Shown one piece after another: positions 8,094 through 14,343 of a stretch of 14,343 nucleotides of DNA. The stretch's first letter is position 1, and every line of letters starts with the position of its first letter. The translations under genes and the position numbers were made by a program. The notes beneath the pieces are model-generated. The model did not search any database, was not told where the DNA came from, and saw nothing but the letters and a program-made list of their open reading frames with translations. The DNA comes from a virus, in UHGV virus genome UHGV-1347164; one strand, given 5' to 3'.

Positions 8094-8947
8094 ACACGCA
8101 CCTCGTACACAGCAGAACTATCCACGCCACGCGAAGGATCAAATCCCATCCAGCAGCGCGGCCCGGAAACAGCAATGATTTCTGTTGCAGATTTACTCTC
8201 GCCAGCTGACACGCCGATGCTGCGTTTTGCCTTGATGTAGTGGTGAGTGAAATTGCGATACAGCGAACGGATCAGGGATGTGTCACTGTTAGAAACAATG
8301 ACCGGATGTCCTTCTGATGACCGATGTTCAAGAACAGATGCCAGGTGATACTGGTCATCTTCAGTGAAGCCGTCAGTGTGATAGCCGGAAAACGTACCGT
8401 CATACGGCGGATCGCAATACACCACATCCCCCGCCTTCAACATCGCCAGCGTTTCATCAAAGCTGGCGCAGATAAACGTTGCTCGCTGGGCCTTTTCTGC
8501 AAATGCGCGAATTTCTTTTTCAGGGAAATACGGATTTTTATAATTACCGTAGGGAATGTTGAAATGCCCGCTCTTGTTATAGCGACATAAACCACGATAA
8601 CCGTGACGATTGAGATACAGGAAATATATCGCCTTCATGAAATCAGTAATTTCAGTTGAGTAATTAAACTCCTGCCTTATGTTGTAATAAGCCAGCTCAC
8701 TGTTTGCTTCCTCAAATAAAACTCTGGCACGAGATATAAACGCTTCGCAATCAGCGGCAATCTTTTTATAGAGGTTGATTAAATCAGGATTAATATCCGC
8801 AACCAGATAGCTGGGGTAATCCGTCTCCATCATCACAGCACAGGAACCCGCGAAAGGTTCAACCAGTCGCGGGCCAGCAGGAAGGTGTTTTTTCAGTTCG
8901 GACATAATGGCGGTTTTATTTCCCGCCCATTTCAGGATGGTGCTCAT
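8090..8947 (-). CDS. dam: DNA adenine methyltransferase (Dam-like, N6-adenine MTase)
   Basis: From the internal ATG the protein begins [11 protein letters not shown], the typical Dam N-terminus, and contains the DPPY catalytic motif. The track ORF starts upstream at a TTG. Its TGA overlaps the ATG of gene A, and its ATG overlaps the stop of the upstream TraR-like gene. Confidence 0.8.
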   Translation of the reverse strand: MSTILKWAGNKTAIMSELKKHLPAGPRLVEPFAGSCAVMMETDYPSYLVADINPDLINLYKKIAADCEAFISRARVLFEEANSELAYYNIRQEFNYSTEITDFMKAIYFLYLNRHGYRGLCRYNKSGHFNIPYGNYKNPYFPEKEIRAFAEKAQRATFICASFDETLAMLKAGDVVYCDPPYDGTFSGYHTDGFTEDDQYHLASVLEHRSSEGHPVIVSNSDTSLIRSLYRNFTHHYIKAKRSIGVSAGESKSATEIIAVSGPRCWMGFDPSRGVDSSAVYEVRV

Positions 8948-9171
8948 ACAGCACCTCCGTTGTAATGTTTGCCTTTCAGCTCTGCGATCTCCTGGCAGGT
9001 AATGCAAAGCTGCACTCCCGGAATGGCGCGTCGTCTTGCTGGCGGAATTGGCGCTTCACATTCAATGCAAAGCACGCGTGACACGCCCGGCGTTCTGGCA
9101 CGGGCAGCACGGATATGACGCTGGCGTTCTTCTTCAACGCGCTGCTGTACGAGATCCATTGCATCAGCCAT
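8944..9171 (-). CDS. TraR/DksA-family C4 zinc-finger protein
   Basis: 75 aa with CIEC-x17-CITC, a C-x2-C ... C-x2-C zinc finger typical of TraR/DksA-like proteins found in P2-family early operons. ATG start at 9171-9169; stop overlaps the Dam start. Confidence 0.7.
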   Translation of the reverse strand: MADAMDLVQQRVEEERQRHIRAARARTPGVSRVLCIECEAPIPPARRRAIPGVQLCITCQEIAELKGKHYNGGAV

Positions 9172-9404
9172 TAGTGGATCTCCTGCGCTTCGTTCTGGAT
9201 TGCTTCAGCAGTCACACGCAGCAGTTCTGCTGCTTCGACGTGGTTTAGCTGGCGGGATGTGATATGACACGCCAGGCTATCAAGGCGGGCAGCCATTGCC
9301 TCAGCCCTTGCCCGACGTTCTTCAAGACGGGCCTCTGTCAGTAAAAGATTAAGACCTGCATCATCCGGTCCGGTTTTAGTCGTGAGGGTTTCAATATTAC
9401 GCAT
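9171..9404 (-). CDS. Hypothetical early-operon protein (about 77 aa)
   Basis: ATG at 9404-9402 preceded by GGAG (GGAGaattgattATG); the track starts 2 codons earlier at a TTG. Its stop overlaps the TraR-like start (TAATG). No recognisable motif. Confidence 0.5.
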   Translation of the reverse strand: MRNIETLTTKTGPDDAGLNLLLTEARLEERRARAEAMAARLDSLACHITSRQLNHVEAAELLRVTAEAIQNEAQEIH

Positions 9405-9471
9405 AATCAATTCTCCTGAATTTAGATAAAGGGATGCCCGGCGGGTTTACGCCATTAATTTCATGAGTTGG

Positions 9472-9813
9472 TTAATTCGGCATGGTTAGCCGTCTGGGAA
9501 ATAAGCTCACCACTGCACGAAAATGATTCATTGCTTTAATCAACTCCCGCTTTTCGTCAGTGGTCAGCTCATTGATGCTGATGCTATGACGTTCAGCCGG
9601 AATTTTTGCCATAAAGAATATGGCTGCCAGTGCTCGTTTATTTTGTTCGTTATTGATATCCCGTGGATCACGCATATCTTTAATAAACCGCTCAAGCTCT
9701 GACTCAATATTCAGGCCAAAAACTTTTGCCCTTAATTCCGCTATGTGATTAAGTCCATTCAGGCGTTCACCGGGGCTTAATGGAACAGTCGCCGCAGCGC
9801 CTTCAATAGCCAT
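9472..9813 (-). CDS. Hypothetical early-operon protein (113 aa)
   Basis: ATG at 9813-9811 preceded by GGGGG (aaacGGGGGaacaaATG). Overlaps the end of the upstream ORF by 37 nt in another frame. No recognisable motif. Confidence 0.5.
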   Translation of the reverse strand: MAIEGAAATVPLSPGERLNGLNHIAELRAKVFGLNIESELERFIKDMRDPRDINNEQNKRALAAIFFMAKIPAERHSISINELTTDEKRELIKAMNHFRAVVSLFPRRLTMPN

Positions 9814-9977
9814 TTGTTCCCCCGTTTATTCGTTGATAGTTCCGCCAGCAATTCATCTTGTGAACGGCACGGATGCCAGCGTTTTCCATCCTCACCCATG
9901 ATCCAGCCGTGACCGTAGTGCATTGCCGGGCTTTGTTTTACCAGCAGCGATGCAAATGATGGTTCTTTCGTCAGCAT
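9777..9977 (-). CDS. Hypothetical small protein (about 66 aa) directly downstream of cII, in the position of 186 fil
   Basis: Internal ATG at 9977-9975 lies 8 nt after the cII stop with GGTG just upstream (TGAGGTGcttATG). The track's longer version starts at a GTG inside cII. Function not recognisable from sequence. Confidence 0.45.
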   Translation of the reverse strand: MLTKEPSFASLLVKQSPAMHYGHGWIMGEDGKRWHPCRSQDELLAELSTNKRGNKWLLKALRRLFH

Positions 9978-9984
9978 AAGCACC

Positions 9985-10494
9985 TCACAGCAAACCGAAT
10001 GAAGCACCGAGGCCAGTCACGGTATCAACTGCACTCGCCATCGCAGGATTAGCCTGTAAACGGGCCTGCAATGAAACAGCAGCCAGCGCCATCAGTCGTG
10101 TTACAGAGTTAATGCTGCTGATAGCATCACGACGACCTGCACTGGTTTTTACATCGCCAGATACCGCACCTGCAGCAACACGCCCGATCTCTGCGGTTGC
10201 ACTCATGACGTAATGCGGCAGTTTCTCTTTTGCCACCTCATTAATCGGTACGCATGGCAGGCAGTGAATCTGAGCCAGAAAACCATCTACCAGCGTTGAA
10301 TCTTCAGTCAGATCGGTAAGCAGCCAGATTTCTGGTGCGGTTAATAAATGAGGCTGAGCTGGGTTCAGCTTGTTCCGCAGAATCTGCACATTCATGCCTG
10401 CACGTTCTGCCAGTTGCACCAAGTTGTGGCGCAACGCGAATGTACGACAGGCTTCGTCAAAATGTGGATGTTTGGAAACTTGGTAATCAAACAT
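9985..10494 (-). CDS. cII: CII-type transcriptional activator of lysogeny establishment (phage 186 CII-like)
   Basis: From the ATG at 10494 the protein begins [15 protein letters not shown]... and is 169 aa. This closely resembles phage 186 CII as I recall it, which has the same length. The track ORF starts 3 codons upstream at a TTG. Confidence 0.7.
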   Translation of the reverse strand: MFDYQVSKHPHFDEACRTFALRHNLVQLAERAGMNVQILRNKLNPAQPHLLTAPEIWLLTDLTEDSTLVDGFLAQIHCLPCVPINEVAKEKLPHYVMSATAEIGRVAAGAVSGDVKTSAGRRDAISSINSVTRLMALAAVSLQARLQANPAMASAVDTVTGLGASFGLL

Positions 10495-10557
10495 GGTTTT
10501 CAACTCCGAACTTATCGCAAAATCGAACTCAGTGTCTTAATGCGAAATAGACATCTA

Positions 10558-10761
10558 TTAAGCAGACAAAGCATCAACAGTCAGAGCAGCCAGGTTAATC
10601 ATTACCTTTTCACGTTTTTTGTCTTTACGAAGACGATGACGAGGTAGTCGGCCATCAGCCAACATGTCGTTAATCGTATCAATAGAAAGGCCTGTCAGTT
10701 CGCTATAACGTTCGATCGTGACATGGGGTGTATTCAGAGTAATTGAAATGTTAGGTGTCAT
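10558..10761 (-). CDS. apl: Apl/Cox-like excisionase and switch regulator (Xis/AlpA-type HTH)
   Basis: First gene of the leftward early operon, immediately upstream of cII. Sequence YSELTGLSIDTINDMLADGRLP resembles an AlpA/Xis-type helix-turn-helix. Start taken as the ATG at 10761 (MTPNISITL), which has AAGGAA upstream; the track's longer form begins at a TTG, so the true start is uncertain. Confidence 0.55.
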   Translation of the reverse strand: MTPNISITLNTPHVTIERYSELTGLSIDTINDMLADGRLPRHRLRKDKKREKVMINLAALTVDALSA

Positions 10762-10850
10762 AAGGCAACATTCCTTATCAGTATGGCTTGTGGCGAGCCG
10801 TAGTTTGTCGTGATTAGTTGTGAAGGCTCCAAAAGAACACTTCTGGTTCA

Positions 10851-10879
10851 ACTTTAAGATCGCTTTTGGAATCTGTCAA
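10851..10879 (-). promoter_or_regulatory. Candidate early lytic promoter (pR-like) in the apl-cI switch region
   Basis: Minus strand has a consensus -35 TTGACA (10879..10874), a 17-nt spacer and -10 TAAAGT (10856..10851), oriented toward apl-cII. The placement is by eye only; operators and the opposing pL were not resolved. Confidence 0.3.
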
Positions 10880-10905
10880 CGGTTTTAGATTTCTTTGGAG
10901 GACTT

Positions 10906-11481
10906 ATGGATTTCAGCAGCGGTGGTAAGAAAGTCATTGAACGTCTAGTTGAGGCGTATGGGTTCTCTACTAGACAGGCTCTTTGCGATCACTTGGGAGT
11001 ATCCAAGAGCACTATGGCTACACGTTACATGCGAGACATCTTCCCTGCAGATTGGGTTTTGCAATGTGCTATCGAAACTGGTTATTCACTAGAATGGTTG
11101 TCATTCGGTATAGGTGATAAAAATATTTCAAATACAAATGCGCAAATTTTAGTACCAAAGAAAAAATTAATTTCTGGAACACTAATTGAAGATGGGGCAT
11201 ATGTTTTTGATAAAGCATTCTTACCTGAAAAAATATGTAACCCATTCATCATTGAAGATCTGGATAACGAATATATATGTAGTTTTGAATATGATGATAT
11301 AAGCGATGGATTGTGGCTAATAGGTATCGACGAAAAAATTTCGGTCCGAACCCTGACCCGCTTACCTAATAACAGATTATATGTTGAAGGAGGAAATCGT
11401 GGTTTTGAGTGTTCTAGAGACGAAATACAGATTGTTGGAATTGTGTGGTGTTGCATACTAAGAAGAGCAGAAAAATTTTAA
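10906..11481 (+). CDS. cI: Immunity repressor CI (186 CI-like, N-terminal HTH; no obvious S24 Ser-Lys autocleavage motif)
   Basis: 191 aa, ATG at 10906 with GGAG 5 nt upstream. Divergent from apl-cII across a 144-bp switch region. N-terminal HTH-like segment (TRQALCDHLGVSKSTMATRYM); C-terminal part ends in a LexA/CI-like beta-rich tail (NRLYVEGGNRGFECSRDEIQIVGIV) without a GDSM-type serine motif. The C-terminal half is AT-rich. Confidence 0.65.
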   Translation: MDFSSGGKKVIERLVEAYGFSTRQALCDHLGVSKSTMATRYMRDIFPADWVLQCAIETGYSLEWLSFGIGDKNISNTNAQILVPKKKLISGTLIEDGAYVFDKAFLPEKICNPFIIEDLDNEYICSFEYDDISDGLWLIGIDEKISVRTLTRLPNNRLYVEGGNRGFECSRDEIQIVGIVWCCILRRAEKF

Positions 11482-11512
11482 CACACAATATATTAAATAA
11501 CTGGAGTTCTAA

Positions 11513-12844
11513 ATGCCTATTGAATATACGTTTGATTATCGTGACGAGTTCCTTCGTAAGCCTATTGCTGAAAAATTAATATCGCTACTTGACTCTGATA
11601 TTAACTTATCTCCACTGGTTATAGATGGCGGATGGGGCACGGGGAAAACAGAGTTTTGCAAAAAAGTTGCAAATCTAATTGAAAGCAATAATCAAAAACA
11701 TAAAGTAGTTTACATTGATGCTTTCGCTGAAGATCATAATGATGCCCCAATTTTGACGTTAATGGCTGGTGTTGCTGCACTTCTTCCCGAAAATGAACGA
11801 AAGGAGTTAATAAATAAAACACTTCCAGCAATACGTTTTGGTTTGAAAACCATTTTCAAAGCAGGCACTGGATGGGTGTTAAAACAAAATGCAGATGACA
11901 TTGTTGATGGCTTCGAAGATGCTATCAAAGAAGCAACTTCGAGTGCAATTGACAGTACAATTGAAACATTATTAGACGATCATATAGAGGCGCAGAAAAA
12001 CATCGAGACACTGAGAAGTACAATATCGCATCTTACAGAGGAATATAAAATAACGATTTTTATAGACGAACTGGACAGATGTAAACCTACATTCGCTCTT
12101 TCAATCATAGAAAATATCAAACACATTTTTGAAATAAAAAATTTAAATTTTGTATTGGTTGCAAAGACTCAACAACTCAAGGCATCAATAAGGCATCTGT
12201 ATGGTTTATCCATAAATGCAGATCAGTATTTAGACAAATTCATTAAGTTTACATTTGTATTGCCAGATACATATAAACCAGATAACTATACACCTGCATA
12301 CGCATCTGTTGCTTTATGGGGAATATTAAAAAATGATTCTCAAAAACTGCAAGAAGTAGACGAATCATGCGGGCATATCATAAAAACGATAATACAAAGG
12401 GCTAAGTTGTCTTTACGTGAAGTAGAAACATTATCACGCCACTTTGAAATATATCAGGTGCTATCTCAATCTGGAATTGGTCCAGGGAAAGTATTTGGTT
12501 ATTCATTATATCGAATGTTAGGGGTAATATTATACTCTCTAAATCGCCCTTTGGCATTAAGTTATCTAGATAATTCTGTGGATGCAGAAAGCATTATCAA
12601 AACCTTAGGCTTTGAATATTTAAGTTACGATGAAGATATTTATAGGATAGATAATACTGAATGTGCTATTTATGGGATCGTACTGGACTATATTGATACA
12701 ACATCTCCATTCTTTATAAAAGATGATGAAACCAGAAGAAAATGGACTGAACGTGCTACCTATGATTTCTTTCAAAACGGCTTAGACGCAGTGCCTCCCC
12801 GAACACTTGTTTCGTCCACCATTGAAGCTTTAATGTTGAACTAA
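11513..12844 (+). CDS. KAP-family P-loop NTPase (candidate prophage-encoded defence or lysogenic-conversion gene)
   Basis: 443 aa with Walker A GGWGTGKT and the KAP-type Walker B IFIDELDRC, separated by a moderately hydrophobic segment (APILTLMAGVAALLP...). GGAG 6 nt upstream of the ATG. Strongly AT-rich; starts 31 bp after the cI stop and ends 80 bp before int. Confidence 0.8.
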   Translation: MPIEYTFDYRDEFLRKPIAEKLISLLDSDINLSPLVIDGGWGTGKTEFCKKVANLIESNNQKHKVVYIDAFAEDHNDAPILTLMAGVAALLPENERKELINKTLPAIRFGLKTIFKAGTGWVLKQNADDIVDGFEDAIKEATSSAIDSTIETLLDDHIEAQKNIETLRSTISHLTEEYKITIFIDELDRCKPTFALSIIENIKHIFEIKNLNFVLVAKTQQLKASIRHLYGLSINADQYLDKFIKFTFVLPDTYKPDNYTPAYASVALWGILKNDSQKLQEVDESCGHIIKTIIQRAKLSLREVETLSRHFEIYQVLSQSGIGPGKVFGYSLYRMLGVILYSLNRPLALSYLDNSVDAESIIKTLGFEYLSYDEDIYRIDNTECAIYGIVLDYIDTTSPFFIKDDETRRKWTERATYDFFQNGLDAVPPRTLVSSTIEALMLN

Positions 12845-12871
12845 AGATGTATTATTGACTGATTTCATACA

Positions 12872-12900
12872 TTGACACTGGTTATACATACAGTAAAAAT
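12872..12900 (+). promoter_or_regulatory. Candidate promoter upstream of int (TTGACA, about 17 nt, AAAAAT/TAAAAA)
   Basis: Consensus -35 TTGACA at 12872-12877 and an A/T-rich -10-like hexamer at about 12894-12900, roughly 25 nt upstream of the int ATG. Unverified pattern match. Confidence 0.25.
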
Positions 12901-12924
12901 GTTCTCCACTGGAGGGCATTTTTT

Positions 12925-13956
12925 ATGGCAGTACGAAAACTCACCACAGGAAAATGGCTTTGCGAATGTTACCCCGCCGGACGTAGTGGGCGTCGTGTAC
13001 GTAAACAATTCGCCACCAAAGGCGAAGCACTGGCTTTTGAGCGTCACACGATGGAAGAAACCGAAGCAAAGCCCTGGCTGGGTGAATCCGTGGATCGTCG
13101 AACACTGAAAGACGTGGTTGAGCTATGGTTCAAACTACATGGTAAATCTCTGACAGCTGGGCAGCATGTCTATGACAAATTGCTGTTGATGGTTGACGCT
13201 CTGGGCAATCCTCTTGCAACCGATCTCACCTCTAAAATGTTTGCCCACTATCGAGATAAACGCCTGACAGGTGAGATCTACTTCAGCGAGAAATGGAAGA
13301 AAGGAGCAAGCCCGGTCACCATTAACCTGGAGCAAAGCTATCTAAGTAGTGTTTTTAGCGAACTATCCCGCCTGGGCGAATGGTCGTATCCAAACCCACT
13401 GGAGAACATGCGAAAATTCACCATCGCAGAAAAAGAGATGGCATGGCTTACCCATGAGCAGATTGTTGAACTGCTGGATGATTGCAAACGTCAGGACCCA
13501 ATTCTGGCACTGGTAGTCAAGATATGCTTAAGCACAGGCGCACGCTGGCGAGAAGCAATAAACCTTACCCGATCACAGGTGACCAAATACCGAATTACCT
13601 TTGTAAGAACGAAGGGGAAGAAAAACAGAAGCATCCCTATCAGTAAAGAGCTTTATGAAGAGATCATGGCGCTTGATGGGTTCAATTTCTTCACAGACTG
13701 CTATTTTCAATTTTTATCCGTGATGGAAAAAACGTCTATCGTGCTCCCTCGCGGTCAACTGACACACGTTCTGCGCCATACGTTTGCGGCGCACTTCATG
13801 ATGTCGGGTGGAAATATCCTGGCCTTACAAAAAATTCTCGGGCATCACGATATAAAAATGACTATGCGTTACGCACATCTGGCACCGGATCACCTTGAAA
13901 CTGCATTACGGTTTAATCCGCTGGCAACACTACCAACATCAATAGCAAGTTTTTGA
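12925..13956 (+). CDS. int: Tyrosine site-specific integrase (P2/186 Int-like)
   Basis: 343 aa. The C-terminal catalytic region LTHVLRHTFAAHFMMSGGNILALQKILGHHDIKMTMRYAHLAPDH contains the R...H-x-x-R...Y pattern of tyrosine recombinases. GGAGGG Shine-Dalgarno upstream of the ATG. Position at the end of the lysogeny operon matches P2/186. Confidence 0.85.
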   Translation: MAVRKLTTGKWLCECYPAGRSGRRVRKQFATKGEALAFERHTMEETEAKPWLGESVDRRTLKDVVELWFKLHGKSLTAGQHVYDKLLLMVDALGNPLATDLTSKMFAHYRDKRLTGEIYFSEKWKKGASPVTINLEQSYLSSVFSELSRLGEWSYPNPLENMRKFTIAEKEMAWLTHEQIVELLDDCKRQDPILALVVKICLSTGARWREAINLTRSQVTKYRITFVRTKGKKNRSIPISKELYEEIMALDGFNFFTDCYFQFLSVMEKTSIVLPRGQLTHVLRHTFAAHFMMSGGNILALQKILGHHDIKMTMRYAHLAPDHLETALRFNPLATLPTSIASF

Positions 13957-14014
13957 AAATGCGTATTTTGCCCTGTTGAGCTAATATTCCTTTTTTTCAC
14001 ATGGAGCACTATCA

Positions 14015-14284
14015 ATGAATAAGTTTCAGCATCAGGGAGCGGAATTGCGCAACAGAGCAAAAGAATTGGCTTTATCCGTACTTAAAACTCACCCAGATGC
14101 CCAAAAAAACGGCAACGGCGTTAAGCAAGCTGAGGTATTTCGTCTAAGCGGCCTCGATTGGGGAGAAAAACGGAAAGCAACAAGTTCGAACCAACAATAT
14201 TGGGTTGTTGCACTATTGCGTGAACTAGAAGAGGAAGGGTTAGTCGAACAGATTGAAGATAGAGGCCCCTGGCGTCTAAGGTAA
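14015..14284 (+). CDS. Hypothetical protein (89 aa) beyond int; either flanking host DNA or another element
   Basis: Clean ATG with GGAG about 9 nt upstream. No recognisable motif; the C-terminal part (QYWVVALLRELEEEGLVEQIEDRGPW) could be winged-helix-like. Lies after the expected att junction. Confidence 0.4.
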   Translation: MNKFQHQGAELRNRAKELALSVLKTHPDAQKNGNGVKQAEVFRLSGLDWGEKRKATSSNQQYWVVALLRELEEEGLVEQIEDRGPWRLR

Positions 14285-14343
14285 AACAAGTGGCGACAAA
14301 GTGGCGGCAGCGGTTGGCATTACCCCGTAATAACCACCACTGA

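Noticed and set aside
8976-9248. ORFs 8976..9164 (-) and 9036..9248 (+) overlapping the TraR-like gene
   Set aside because: Alternative frames of the same locus; only the 8944..9171 frame carries the C4 zinc-finger motif and fits the stop-start coupling with neighbouring genes.
11082-11456. 124-aa ORF antisense to cI
   Set aside because: Fully inside the cI coding region on the opposite strand; a low-complexity product from AT-rich sequence; no start signals.
1-14343. CRISPR arrays, tRNA or rRNA genes, transposase or IS elements
   Set aside because: No regularly spaced direct repeats, no cloverleaf-like tRNA candidates noticed (including after int) and no transposase-like ORF. The only recombinase is the phage integrase.

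Overview
This 14.3-kb window reads as a contiguous piece of a P2/186-family temperate phage, most likely an integrated prophage in an enterobacterium. Gene order left to right: terminase large subunit P (5-prime truncated at the window edge) and portal Q on the + strand; an AT-rich cargo gene for a GmrSD-like (DUF262 + DUF1524) type IV restriction enzyme; a cos-like cohesive-end motif; a very acidic small protein; a LexA-box-controlled two-gene operon ending in a DinI-like protein; then on the - strand replication endonuclease A, a Dam methyltransferase, a TraR/DksA zinc-finger protein, three small early ORFs, a 186-type CII and an Apl/Cox-like regulator; the divergent immunity switch; and on the + strand CI repressor, an AT-rich KAP-family P-loop NTPase, tyrosine integrase, a putative att junction and one further small ORF. 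The backbone is GC-rich, while three islands are visibly AT-rich and look like horizontally acquired cargo: the GmrSD-like gene between Q and cos, the acidic protein between cos and A, and the KAP NTPase between cI and int. The most interesting candidates are the KAP NTPase embedded in the lysogeny operon and the terminal GmrSD-like gene with the divergent acidic protein. All identifications rest on motif recognition and recalled family knowledge; no database search or computation was possible. The ORF track uses TTG/GTG as M in several places, so I re-derived likely ATG starts by hand where stated.
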